57,578 bases of DNA, taken from the NCBI GenBank assembly GCA_016872955.1, contig VGYP01000001.1, positions 1-57,578 on the forward strand, in the 5' to 3' direction. Under the pieces are notes generated by a model. It ran no database searches. It had not been told where the DNA came from and worked only from the letters and a program-made list of their open reading frames with translations. Positions 1 to 9,190 of the stretch are shown here, piece after piece (position 1 is the first letter of the stretch; each line of letters starts with the position of its first letter). This DNA is from Planctomycetota bacterium. GTDB lineage: Bacteria > Planctomycetota > Planctomycetia > Pirellulales > UBA1268. Made by a program: the position numbers and the translations under genes.

Positions 1-549
1 CTCCTCGTCCGCCGCGGCGGCCTTCCCCGATGCCGCCTCGCCCAGGAAGGTGAACGCGGCGTCGCCCGGCTGCTCGGCGGCCACGGGAGGGTCGATCGGC
101 ACCCAGACGGTGGCTGTCGGCGGATCGGCAGCGACCGCCGGGGCCGGCGTGTCCTTCATTGGCCGTGGCTTCGCCCGCGGCGGCTCCTCCTCGGCCTCGA
201 TCGGGATCGTCTCGCTGTCGTGCGTCGCATCCTCGGCCGCGGCCGCCGCGTACTCCACGCGGAAGGGGACGTTGCCGAGCCAAACGCTCGCTCCCGACGC
301 CACCGGCGTGGCGACGCGGGGTTTGAGTTGGCGGCCCTCCAGAAAGGTGCCGTTGGTCGATTCCAAGTCCCGGATGCAGACCTGCCCGGCCTCGTCGAGC
401 AGGAACTCGCAGTGCCGCCGGCTGATCGCGTCCTTGGGAATCCGCAGCTTGACGTCTTCGCCGTCGGAGCGGCCGACGATAATCGGCAACCGCTTGGAAT
501 GCACCCTCGGCTTGCCGGACGTCGATTTGAAGATGAAGCGGAGTTCCAT
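1..549 (-). CDS. FHA domain-containing protein (N-terminal part; gene runs off the left edge)
   Basis: The reverse strand from ATG at 549 reads MELRFIFKSTSGKPRVHSKRLPIIVGRSDGEDVKLRIPKDAISRRHCEFLLDEAGQVCIRDLESTNGTFLEGRQL. This carries the GR...SRRH...DL.STNGT signature of FHA domains. The frame stays open to position 1, so it is absent from the ORF track. Confidence 0.8.
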   Translation of the reverse strand, partial: MELRFIFKSTSGKPRVHSKRLPIIVGRSDGEDVKLRIPKDAISRRHCEFLLDEAGQVCIRDLESTNGTFLEGRQLKPRVATPVASGASVWLGNVPFRVEYAAAAAEDATHDSETIPIEAEEEPPRAKPRPMKDTPAPAVAADPPTATVWVPIDPPVAAEQPGDAAFTFLGEAASGKAAAADEE

Positions 550-677
550 GACGGCTGCCGCGGCGGCAGGGCCCGGGGCCGCGGAAAGCGGACCCTGAAG
601 TGTACCGCCGTGACCGCCCTCGAACACGAGCCCTTGCCCAGCCCCCGCAGAAACCGGTCCCTGCCCGGCCGGTGACC

Positions 678-705
678 TTGCGACACCCCGGCGGAGCCCT
701 ATAAT
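678..705 (+). promoter_or_regulatory. sigma70-like promoter candidate upstream of tRNA-Gly
   Basis: TTGCGA (678-683), a 16-nt spacer, then a perfect TATAAT (700-705). This stands out in very GC-rich DNA and lies about 75 nt upstream of the tRNA start. Confidence 0.45.
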
Positions 706-781
706 CGCGGGGTTCCCGGGGCACGGCGGCCCCTGCATGGCCGGGCCGAAGCCCTCCAGGCGACCGTTCCGACAGCACGCT

Positions 782-854
782 GCGGGTGTAGCTCAGTTGG
801 TAGAGCACCACGTTGCCAACGTGGTTGTCGTGGGTTCGAATCCCATCACCCGCT
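782..854 (+). tRNA. tRNA-Gly (anticodon GCC)
   Basis: A manual cloverleaf fits: acceptor GCGGGTG/CACCCGC, D arm GCTC-AGTTGGTA-GAGC, anticodon arm CCACG-TTGCCAA-CGTGG, variable TTGTC, T arm GTGGG-TTCGAAT-CCCAT, discriminator T. CCA is not encoded. Confidence 0.93.
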
Positions 855-900
855 TCCCCTTTCTCCCTGCCTTCCCTCCCGTCGCCGGATCAGTCAGCCG

Positions 901-2391
901 ATGTCGTCACCTGCGTCCGATTCGTCCTCGGCCGTGGCCTCGCCCGAGGGCGAGACCGGGCCCCGGTCTCTCGACCTCGGTATCGCGATCGAGGAGGTCT
1001 CGACCTGCCGACGGCGGGTGAAGGTCACCGTTCCCCGCGCTGACATCGACCGTTATCGCGACGACGCGATCGGCGACCTGATGCCGTCGGCGCTCCTGCC
1101 CGGCTTCCGGCCGGGCCGCGCCCCGCGCCGGCTCGTCAGCAGCCGCTTCAAGAGTGAGCTGGTCGAGCAGATCCGCTCGAAGCTGGTCACCGACGCGCTG
1201 GCGCAGGTGTCCGACAGCGGCAAGCTCTCGCCGATCAGTGAGCCCGATCTCGACATGGCGGCGGTGATCCTGCCCGACGATGGCCCGCTGACGTTCGAGT
1301 TCTCGATCGAAGTGCGGCCCGAGTTCGACCTGCCCGAGTGGAAGGGGCTCTCGATCTCCCGTCCGGCCCGTGAGATCGGCGATGCCGACGTCGAGGAGGC
1401 ACTTGACAACATCCTTCGCGAACGGGGTCGGTTCGTGCCTGCCGGCGGGTCGCCGGCGGTTGGCGACCTCGTCGTCGCCAACCTCCGCTTCAGCGACTCA
1501 GGCGAGCGGCTCTCCGAGGCCGAGGAGCTCGAGATCGTGGTCCGCCCGAAGCTCTCCTTCGCCGACGCCTCGCTCGAGGGCTTCGACACGCTCGTGGCCA
1601 AGGCCAAGCCGGGCGATACGTTCGAGGCGGCGGTGCGGGTCTCCGACGAGGCGGCCCTCGAGCCGCTCCGCGGTAAGGACGCGACGTTGTCGGTGGAGAT
1701 CGTCGAGGTCAAGACGCACGAACTGCCCACCCTCACCCCGGCGCTGCTTGAGGAGCTCGGTGGCTTCGAGAGCGAGCAGGCCCTCCGCGACGCGATTCGC
1801 CGACAGTTGGAAGGCCGCCTCGAATACCACCGCCGCAGGCAGGTCCGCCAGCAGGTGGCCGCCGCCCTGACCGCGTCAGCCTCCTGGGACCTGCCGCCCG
1901 ACCTGCTCCGTCGCCAGGCGCAGCGGGAACTCGAGCGGGCGATCCTCGAGCTCCGCCGCAGCGGCTTCGACGACGACTCCATCCGTCGCCACGTCAACGA
2001 GTTGCGACAGACGGTGCTGGCCAGCACGGCCCGGGCCCTCAAGGAGCACTTCATCCTCGAGCGGATCGCCGAGGAGGAGAAGATCGCCGACGATGGCGCC
2101 GACTACGACGCCGAGATCCGGGCGATCGCCGAGCAGTCGGGTGAGTCGCCGCGGCGGGTGCGGGCCAGCCTCGAGCGGCGCGGCCTGATGGACGTGCTCC
2201 GCAACCAGATCATCGAGCGGAAGACGGTCGACCTGATCACGTCGAAGGCCACCTTTAAGGATATCCCGTTCGAGTTCCCGAAGCCCGACACCGAGGCGGT
2301 CGATCACGCCGTCTGCGGAGCCGTGATCGGGGAGGATGAAATCCCCGTGGCCGAGCATGCCGAGCCGGCCGCCCGGCCCGGCCGCGGCTGA
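901..2391 (+). CDS. tig: trigger factor
   Basis: 496 aa. The N-terminal ribosome-binding region (LPGFRPGRAPRRLV) matches trigger factor. The classic tig-clpP gene order follows. Confidence 0.88.
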   Translation: MSSPASDSSSAVASPEGETGPRSLDLGIAIEEVSTCRRRVKVTVPRADIDRYRDDAIGDLMPSALLPGFRPGRAPRRLVSSRFKSELVEQIRSKLVTDALAQVSDSGKLSPISEPDLDMAAVILPDDGPLTFEFSIEVRPEFDLPEWKGLSISRPAREIGDADVEEALDNILRERGRFVPAGGSPAVGDLVVANLRFSDSGERLSEAEELEIVVRPKLSFADASLEGFDTLVAKAKPGDTFEAAVRVSDEAALEPLRGKDATLSVEIVEVKTHELPTLTPALLEELGGFESEQALRDAIRRQLEGRLEYHRRRQVRQQVAAALTASASWDLPPDLLRRQAQRELERAILELRRSGFDDDSIRRHVNELRQTVLASTARALKEHFILERIAEEEKIADDGADYDAEIRAIAEQSGESPRRVRASLERRGLMDVLRNQIIERKTVDLITSKATFKDIPFEFPKPDTEAVDHAVCGAVIGEDEIPVAEHAEPAARPGRG

Positions 2392-2439
2392 TCCGGCCCG
2401 GTTGGCTGTTTCCCACTCCCCCGCCCAACACCCCGCCTG

Positions 2440-3069
2440 ATGACGCCCATGACTGGTTTCCAGCCACCGCGAGCCTCGACCGCCTACCGCGATTACCAGC
2501 GGCAGCGGACGATGACGCTCGGCGACCTGCTCCTCGAGAATCGGATCATCCTCCTGCAGGGCGAGATTTACGACGGCAACGCCAACGAAGTCGTGATGAA
2601 ACTGCTCTACCTGCAGAGCGAGAATCGCCGCAAGGACATCCACTTCTACATCAACTCGCCGGGCGGCAGCGTCACCGCCACGATGGCGATCTACGACACG
2701 ATGCAGATCCTCTCCTGCCCGGTGGCGACCTACTGCGTCGGCCTGGCGGCCAGCGGCGGCGCGGTGCTCTTGGCCGGTGGGTCGCGGGGTAAGCGGTTCG
2801 CGTTGCCCCACGCCAAGGTGATGATTCATCAGCCCTACGGGCAGGTGGGCGGCCAGGTGAGCGACATCGAGATCCAGGCCGACGAGATTCTCAAGACCCG
2901 TGCCGTGCTCAACGAGATCCTCGCCACCCACACCAGCCAGCCGATCGAGCAAATCGCGCGGGACACCGACCGCGACCGCTACCTGACGGCCACCGAGGCC
3001 AAGGAATACGGCCTCGTCGACGAGGTGCTCACGAAGCCGCCGGTCGAAGCCGAGGCCGAGTCCGACTGA
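2440..3069 (+). CDS. clpP: ATP-dependent Clp protease proteolytic subunit (paralog 1)
   Basis: [31 protein letters not shown] (catalytic Ser), MIHQP (His) and DTDRDRYL (Asp). The exact start is uncertain among nearby Met codons. Confidence 0.92.
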   Translation: MTPMTGFQPPRASTAYRDYQRQRTMTLGDLLLENRIILLQGEIYDGNANEVVMKLLYLQSENRRKDIHFYINSPGGSVTATMAIYDTMQILSCPVATYCVGLAASGGAVLLAGGSRGKRFALPHAKVMIHQPYGQVGGQVSDIEIQADEILKTRAVLNEILATHTSQPIEQIARDTDRDRYLTATEAKEYGLVDEVLTKPPVEAEAESD

Positions 3070-3110
3070 CCCCCTCGGGCCGCGCGGCCCGCCTGAAACT
3101 TCTGCCAGCC

Positions 3111-3713
3111 ATGCCACTGATTCCCTTCGTGATCGAGAAGAGCGGCCGCGAAGAGCGGGCGATGGACATCTACTCCCGCCTGCTCAAGGACCGGATCATC
3201 TTCCTGGGCACGCAGGTCAACGACGACGTGGCCAACGCGATCGTGGCGCAACTGCTGTTTCTGCAGTCCGAAGACCCCAAGTCGGACATCCACCTGTACA
3301 TCAACTCCCCCGGCGGCAGCGTCACGGCCGGCCTGGCGATCTACGACACGATGCAGTTCGTGACCTGTGACGTGGCCACCTACTGCATCGGCCAGGCGGC
3401 GAGCATGGGCGCGGTGCTCCTCACGGCGGGCACCAAGGGCAAACGGCGGGCCCTACCCAACGCGCGGATCATGATCCACCAGCCGCTGGCCGGCATGGAG
3501 GGCACGGCGGAGGAGATCATGATCCACGCCAAGGAGTTCAAGAACGTCAAGCGCAAGCTCAACAACATTCTCCTCAAGCACACGGGCCACCCGCTGGTCA
3601 AGATCGAGGAGGACACGGATCGTGACCGGTTCATGTCGGCGCAGGAGGCGCTCGACTACCGGCTCATCGACGAGGTGATCGAGCACATGCCGACGGGCAG
3701 GGGGGCTGGCTAG
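3111..3713 (+). CDS. clpP: ATP-dependent Clp protease proteolytic subunit (paralog 2)
   Basis: [49 protein letters not shown] and DTDRDRFM. This is a canonical ClpP. Confidence 0.95.
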   Translation: MPLIPFVIEKSGREERAMDIYSRLLKDRIIFLGTQVNDDVANAIVAQLLFLQSEDPKSDIHLYINSPGGSVTAGLAIYDTMQFVTCDVATYCIGQAASMGAVLLTAGTKGKRRALPNARIMIHQPLAGMEGTAEEIMIHAKEFKNVKRKLNNILLKHTGHPLVKIEEDTDRDRFMSAQEALDYRLIDEVIEHMPTGRGAG

Positions 3714-3791
3714 GAATCGGTGCGGCCGTCCGGCCGTGAACGACAGATATCACCGGCCCCGCGGGGCCGATGGCACGCAAGGAGGCGCGTC

Positions 3792-4781
3792 ATGAATCCG
3801 CAGCGTTCAGCAGCACAGGCGACCGGTGGTCGCCGCCTCGTGGTTCTGCCCAGCATCCTGGCGGCGGCCTTGGCCGCGGGCTGCAAGAGCGACCTGAGCC
3901 ATCAGCTCCTGGAGCGGGAGTTGCGGTATCAAGAGGATCAGATCTACCAGCTGCAGGACGAGCTGGCGGAGAAGTGCAGCCGGCTGGAGCACGTCGCCAC
4001 CGAGAACGCCAGCCTCCGGCGGCAGTTGGGCGTCTCTGACGCCGACCAGCCGGCTCCAGGCCGAGGGCGAAGGACCCGCGCCTCAAGCGCCTTACCGGCC
4101 GCCACCGTGCCACCGGCGATCCAGGTGCCCGACGCCGCCCCGCTGCCCGCGCCCCGCCGCGTTGGGCCGCCGGTGGATCTCGCTCCACCCACGCTCGAGG
4201 GCGTGCCGCCGGTGCCGGCAGCGTCCGGCGGGGCGACACCGACGAGTGACACCGGCGACGGCCTCTCGTTGCCCCCGGCCACGGCCTCGTTCGACCCCGC
4301 GGCCAGGCCGATCGCCGCGGCGGGGTCTGCCTCGCGGGATGATACGGAGACGGGGCTGGCGACACCCTCGTTTGTGACGCTCTCCCATGCGGAGCCGGCG
4401 GGGCCAGCGCGGGCCGTGCGGCTGTCGATCAACCCGGCGACGAGCGCCCCGATCGACCCGGACGGCGATGGGCTGGCCGAGGGTATCGCGCTGGCCGTCG
4501 AGCCGCGGGACGAGGCCGAGCGGCTAATCTGGGCCGGGGGCGATGTGACCGTCACGGCCTTCGACGCGGCCGCGGCCGCAGGGTCTCCACCGCTGGCTAG
4601 TTGGACCGTCGCCGAGGCCGACGCCCGAGCGCGGTTCCGGCCCACGGGCCGCCGCCGCGGACTGTTCCTGGAACTGCCCTGGCAGGCCGTCCGACCCACG
4701 GGCGACCATGTCCGCGTGGCGGTGCACGTCACGACGCCCGAGGGCCCGATCGAGACCGAGGCCCTGGTACCCGCCCGCTGA
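3792..4781 (+). CDS. hypothetical lipoprotein with N-terminal coiled-coil segment
   Basis: An internal ATG gives MNPQRS...LVVLPSILAAALAAGCKSD, a signal peptide plus lipobox L-A-A-G-C. A heptad-like stretch LLERELRYQEDQIYQLQDELAEK and a Pro/Ala-rich linker follow. I did not recognise a family. Confidence 0.55.
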   Translation: MNPQRSAAQATGGRRLVVLPSILAAALAAGCKSDLSHQLLERELRYQEDQIYQLQDELAEKCSRLEHVATENASLRRQLGVSDADQPAPGRGRRTRASSALPAATVPPAIQVPDAAPLPAPRRVGPPVDLAPPTLEGVPPVPAASGGATPTSDTGDGLSLPPATASFDPAARPIAAAGSASRDDTETGLATPSFVTLSHAEPAGPARAVRLSINPATSAPIDPDGDGLAEGIALAVEPRDEAERLIWAGGDVTVTAFDAAAAAGSPPLASWTVAEADARARFRPTGRRRGLFLELPWQAVRPTGDHVRVAVHVTTPEGPIETEALVPAR

Positions 4782-4801
4782 GGGCCGACAGCCGGGGCTG
4801 G

Positions 4802-5818
4802 TTAGAGGCCCTGGTCCTCGAGGAAGTTGAGCAGGTCGGTGACGCGGCAGGAATAGCCCCACTCGTTGTCGTACCAACTCACCACCTTCACGAAGTTGCC
4901 GAGGCCCACCGTGTCGACGGCCGAGAAGATCGAACTGTGCGGATCCTTCTTCAGGTCGGTCGAGACGAGCTCCTGGTCGCTGTAGCGGAGGATGCCCTTG
5001 AGCGGCCCCTCGGCCGCCTTCTTCATGGCGGCGTTGATCTCGGCGGGCGGGGCATCCTTGCCGAGGATCGCCGTGAAGTCGACCACGCTGACCGTCGACA
5101 CCGGCACCCGGAACGCCATGCCTGTGAACTTCCCCTGGAGCTCGGGAATCACCAGCCCCACAGCCCTCGCCGCGCCGGTGCTCGAGGGGACGATGTTGAG
5201 GGCTGCCGCCCGGGCGTCGCGGAGGTCCTTGGCGGCCGTGTCGACGGTCTTTTGGGAGTTGGTGTAGGCGTGCACCGTGGTGAGCAGGCCCTTCTCGATC
5301 CCGAAGGTCTCGTGGAGCACCTTGGCCACCGGCGCCAGGCCGTTGGTGGTGCAGGAGGCGTTGGAGATCACGTGATGCTTCTTCGGGTCGTACATCCGGT
5401 TGTTGACGCCCAGCACGATCGTCAGGTCCTCGTTCTTGGCCGGCGCCGAAATCACTACCTTCCTGACGCTATCCCGCTTGTGGGCCACGGCCTTGGTGGC
5501 GTCGGTGAAGAAGCCGGTGCTCTCCACCACGATCTGTACGTCCTCGCTGCCCCAGGGAATGGTCCCCGGATCCTTCTCGGCGAAGACCTTGATCTTGCGA
5601 CCGTCGACGACGATGTCGTTACCCTCGTGGCCGACCGTGGCGGCGAAGGGGCCGTAGTTAGAATCGTAGGCCAACAGGTGGGCGTTGGTCTTGGCGTCGG
5701 TGAGGTCGTTGATCGCCACCACCTGCACGTCACCGGCGAGGCCGTGCTTCTCGTAGATGGCGCGGAAGGTGAGGCGGCCGATGCGGCCGAAACCGTTGAT
5801 GCCGACGCGGATGGGCAC
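4802..5818 (-). CDS. gap: type I glyceraldehyde-3-phosphate dehydrogenase
   Basis: The N-terminus is MPIRVGINGFGRIGR and the active site is SNASCTTN. Full length is 338 aa. Confidence 0.96.
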   Translation of the reverse strand: MPIRVGINGFGRIGRLTFRAIYEKHGLAGDVQVVAINDLTDAKTNAHLLAYDSNYGPFAATVGHEGNDIVVDGRKIKVFAEKDPGTIPWGSEDVQIVVESTGFFTDATKAVAHKRDSVRKVVISAPAKNEDLTIVLGVNNRMYDPKKHHVISNASCTTNGLAPVAKVLHETFGIEKGLLTTVHAYTNSQKTVDTAAKDLRDARAAALNIVPSSTGAARAVGLVIPELQGKFTGMAFRVPVSTVSVVDFTAILGKDAPPAEINAAMKKAAEGPLKGILRYSDQELVSTDLKKDPHSSIFSAVDTVGLGNFVKVVSWYDNEWGYSCRVTDLLNFLEDQGL

Positions 5819-5989
5819 GGCGAGTCTCCTGGGAGCGAAGGGGCGGGGCAGGCCGCATGGGCCCGCGACGTCGCGGGCAGCCGGTGCTGGGAAGCGGCGG
5901 GAATATACACCGGCCGGCCGGCGGTCCTCAATCGACGCGACGCATCGCCGCTGGTCGTTCGCGTCGGCCGCACGGTAGACTCTTCCTCC

Positions 5990-6676
5990 ATGCCCGACCC
6001 GGTGATCGTCCTGGAAAACGTCCGCAAGGGTTTCGCCATGCCGGGGGGCGAGCGGGTCGACGTGCTCGACGTGCCCAGCTTCCGCCTAGCCGCCGGCGAA
6101 CAGGTTGCCCTGGAGGGCTCGAGCGGCTCCGGCAAGTCGACGCTGCTGCACGTGATCGCGGGGATCATGCGGCCCGACTCGGGGCGGGTGGTCGTGGCCG
6201 GCACTGACATCACCACGCTGTCCGAAGGCCGCCGCGACCGGCTGCGGGCCGACACGCTCGGGCTGGTGTTCCAGCAGTTCAACCTCCTGCCCGGATTCAC
6301 GGCGCTGGAAAACGTGCTGGTCGCTATGTCGTTCGCGTCGGGCCAGCCGGATCGGGCCCGGGCGGCGGCGCTGCTCGAGGCCGTGGGGCTGGCCCACCGA
6401 CTGCATCACAAGCCCGTCGAACTCTCGACGGGCCAGCAGCAGCGGGTGGCGGTGGCCCGGGCCTTGGCCAACCGTCCCGCCGTGGTGCTCGCCGACGAGC
6501 CCACCGCCAGCATCGACGCGGCCCATCAGCAGCAGGTCGTCGACCTGCTCCGGAACACCTGCACCGGGCACGGCGTAGCGCTGCTGGTGGTCACGCACGA
6601 CGCCGACGTGGCCCGACAGTTTCCCCGCCGGCTCGCGCTCGGAGAGTTCAACCGGGCGACGCGGCAGCAGGCCTAA
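5990..6676 (+). CDS. ABC transporter ATP-binding protein (MacB/LolD-like)
   Basis: An internal ATG in the 4601..6676 ORF gives MPDPVIVLENVRKGF. It has Walker A GSSGSGKST, signature LSTGQQQRV and Walker B VVLADEPT. The upstream part of that ORF is antisense to gap. Confidence 0.9.
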   Translation: MPDPVIVLENVRKGFAMPGGERVDVLDVPSFRLAAGEQVALEGSSGSGKSTLLHVIAGIMRPDSGRVVVAGTDITTLSEGRRDRLRADTLGLVFQQFNLLPGFTALENVLVAMSFASGQPDRARAAALLEAVGLAHRLHHKPVELSTGQQQRVAVARALANRPAVVLADEPTASIDAAHQQQVVDLLRNTCTGHGVALLVVTHDADVARQFPRRLALGEFNRATRQQA

Positions 6677-6690
6677 GGGAGCCTCTCGAC

Positions 6691-8061
6691 ATGTCACTCC
6701 TGGGCATCGCCTGGCGCAGCATCCGGCAGCGGCTGTTCACAAGCGGGCTGACGGCCTTGTCGCTGGCGCTGGGCGTAGCGCTGGTCGTGGCCACGCTCGT
6801 GATCGGGGGCGTCGTCCGCGATGCCTTCGCCTCGGGGCAGGGGCTCGGCTACAACCTGATCGTGGGCGCGAAGGGCAGCCCGCTGCAGCTGGTCCTGAAC
6901 AGCGTCTACCTCGTCAGCAAACCGATCGAGAACATTCCCTGGTCCTTCTACCAGGCGTTCCTGCCCGCCGCGGCCCGGCCCGAGGGCACCGCGGGCCGCT
7001 ACGCCGGCAGCATCGCCCAGGCGGTGCCGATCTGCATGGGGGACTATTTCCGGAGCTTCCGCGTCGTGGGCACCAGCGCCGCCTATTTCGACGGCCTCAC
7101 GCTCGGCGACGGTCGGCCCTTCGCCTTCGCGACGGGACGAAACTTCCGTGACGACGAGTTCTTCGGCGGCGTGTTGGGCGCGACCGTGGCCGCCAGGCTC
7201 GGCCTCGCCGTGGGCGACCCCTTCTCCCCCACGCACGGCGCCGACGACGGGCTCGTGCACGACCCCTTCGTGGTCACCGGCATCCTAGCCCGCACCGACA
7301 CGCCGGTCGATCGCGGCGTGTACGTGAACATGGAGGGGTTCTATCTCCAGGAGGGACACGCCAAGCCGCTGCCCGCGGGGGGGGCGGGGGGCGACGACCG
7401 GCCGTCCCCCGATCCCCCGGCCGATCCCACGGCCGACCACGACCATGCCCATGACGCCGCGGCGGCCGGTGTGACGCAGCCCGCACCGCTCCCCTTCGCC
7501 CAGCGGGAGGTGACGGCGATCCTCGTGCAGACCGCCGCCCCCGGCGGCATGCCGCCGGAGCTGCTGGCGATGGGCCTGAAGACCACGATTAACGAGGGCC
7601 CCGACGGCCAGGCAGCCGAGCCCGTCCGCGAGATCCGCACACTTTTGGATCTCTTCGTCCGACCACTCGAGCTGCTCTTGCTGCTGGTCACCACGCTCGT
7701 CGTGATCGTCTCGGCGATCGGCATCCTCGTCAGCATGGTCGGCTCGGCCCTGGAGCGCAGCCGCGACGTGGCGGTGATGCGAGCGCTCGGGGCCCGCCGT
7801 AGCCACGTGCTCACGGCCGTGCTCCTGGAGGCGATCCTCCTGGCCGTCGGCGGTGGCTTGGCCGGCTGGCTGCTGGGCCACGGCATCGTGGCGGCGATCG
7901 GGCCGCTGATCACGACCAACGCCGGCGTCTCCGCCGGCTTCCTGTCGTCGGCGCCGCTCGGCGAGGCGCTGCTCGTGCCGCTGCTGGTCGTGCTGGCCAT
8001 CCTGGCGGCCCTGCTGCCGGCCCTGGCCGCCTACCGCACCGACGTGGCGAAGTGGCTCTGA
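6691..8061 (+). CDS. ABC transporter permease, FtsX/MacB-type, with a His/Asp-rich low-complexity insert
   Basis: 456 aa. It has an N-terminal TM helix, a large extracytoplasmic domain and a C-terminal FtsX-like 3-TM block (VMRALGARRSHVL...). The insert reads PADPTADHDHAHDAAAAG at about 7360-7495. Confidence 0.85.
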   Translation: MSLLGIAWRSIRQRLFTSGLTALSLALGVALVVATLVIGGVVRDAFASGQGLGYNLIVGAKGSPLQLVLNSVYLVSKPIENIPWSFYQAFLPAAARPEGTAGRYAGSIAQAVPICMGDYFRSFRVVGTSAAYFDGLTLGDGRPFAFATGRNFRDDEFFGGVLGATVAARLGLAVGDPFSPTHGADDGLVHDPFVVTGILARTDTPVDRGVYVNMEGFYLQEGHAKPLPAGGAGGDDRPSPDPPADPTADHDHAHDAAAAGVTQPAPLPFAQREVTAILVQTAAPGGMPPELLAMGLKTTINEGPDGQAAEPVREIRTLLDLFVRPLELLLLLVTTLVVIVSAIGILVSMVGSALERSRDVAVMRALGARRSHVLTAVLLEAILLAVGGGLAGWLLGHGIVAAIGPLITTNAGVSAGFLSSAPLGEALLVPLLVVLAILAALLPALAAYRTDVAKWL

Positions 8062-8129
8062 GCGGACGCCCGTAGCAGGTAGGACGTCGTCGTCGGCGCG
8101 GCGCGGATCGGCCCCACGTTCTGGGAGGC

Positions 8130-8761
8130 ATGACCGTGCGGTTGCGAACGCAACCCTGGCACGAGCCGACCGGCGGCCGCGGACCGGGGCGATTCTTCGT
8201 GGTCTTCCTGGCCACGATGTTCGCGCTGGAGTTCGGGATCATGGCGGTGCTGCCCCAGCGCTTGCCCGCGGACACATCGCCGCTGGCCGCGGCGGTGGTC
8301 GGCGCCGCGGTGCTGACGGCCGTGCTCGCGCCGCTGATCTGGTTCGGCTTCGTGCGGCCCGTCCAGCGCTTGCACGAGAGCCGCGGCGTGCTCCTGGGGA
8401 AGTTCCTGTCCGCCCAGGAGCACGAACGCCGGATCACCGCCAACCTCCATGACGGGCTCGGGCAAAACCTCACGGCGATGCTCGTCAGGCTCAGCGTCAT
8501 CGAGGGCTCGAGCGTCGCTGCCGGGGTGCGGGAGAATGCCGCGGCCCTCCGGGAGATCGCCGCCACCTCGCGCGCGGAGATCCGATCCAGGACATCGTCC
8601 GCTCGACGCGGCCGCCCGCACCCGACGACCTCAGGCCGGCCGCGGCCATCGAGCAGCAGTTGGCCGACCTGGCCGCCGCGACCGGCATCGCCACGGCCTT
8701 CTCCTAGCCCGACAGCGAGGGTCGCCGCTTCGCGGCGGAGATCAAGACCACCGTCTATCGC
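8130..8761 (+). pseudogene. decayed sensor histidine kinase (HisKA_3 / NarX-LiaS type)
   Basis: Two TM helices and the H-box EHERRITANLHDGLGQNL are intact. The frame is lost near 8575-8585; the continuation IQDIVRSTRPPAPDDLRPAAAIEQQLADL lies in another frame. There is an in-frame TAG at 8705-8707. The ATPase domain is missing: ...AEIKTTVYRV abuts the receiver start at 8762. Confidence 0.7.
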
Positions 8762-9188
8762 GTGGTGATCGCCGACGACCACGCCGTGATGTGGTCCGGA
8801 CTGCGGCTGTTGCCCGAAAGCCAGGCCGACATGCGGGCCGTTGACGACTGCGGGACCCACCAGGAGGTGCTCGCCACCCGCGAGCGGAATCGGGTGGGCG
8901 TCGACGTCGTGTCACTCGACCTCTCGATGCCCGGTGGATCGGCGGGCGCTCTGATCGAGGACGTCGTTCGCGGCCAACCGGGCGCGGGCCTGGTGGTGCT
9001 CACGACGCACGACGACGCCGGGCATGCCCGGCGTCGTCAAGTCGGCCACCGACCGGCTGTTCTTGAGCGTCAAGACCATCGAGTCATATCGATCGCGGCT
9101 GATGGCCAAACGCGGCCTCACCAATCGGGCGAAACTGACGCAGGTGGCCCTCGATGCGGGCCTGATGGACGGCACCGCGGGCGGCTGA
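8762..9188 (+). pseudogene. decayed NarL/LuxR-family response regulator
   Basis: The receiver start is VVIADDHAVMWSGLRLLPESQADM...DVVSLDLSMPGGSA...LVVLTTHDD. Part of the receiver and the linker are then missing, and the frame changes. The LuxR HTH tail LSVKTIESYRSRLMAKRGLTNRAKLTQVALDAGLM is read in a different frame and ends at TGA 9186-9188. Confidence 0.7.
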
Positions 9189-9190
9189 CG

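Noticed and set aside
4601-5989. 5' two thirds of the 691-aa ORF 4601..6676.
   Set aside because: It overlaps the lipoprotein 3' end and is antisense to gap. Only the part from ATG 5990 has ABC ATPase motifs and coding-like codon usage.
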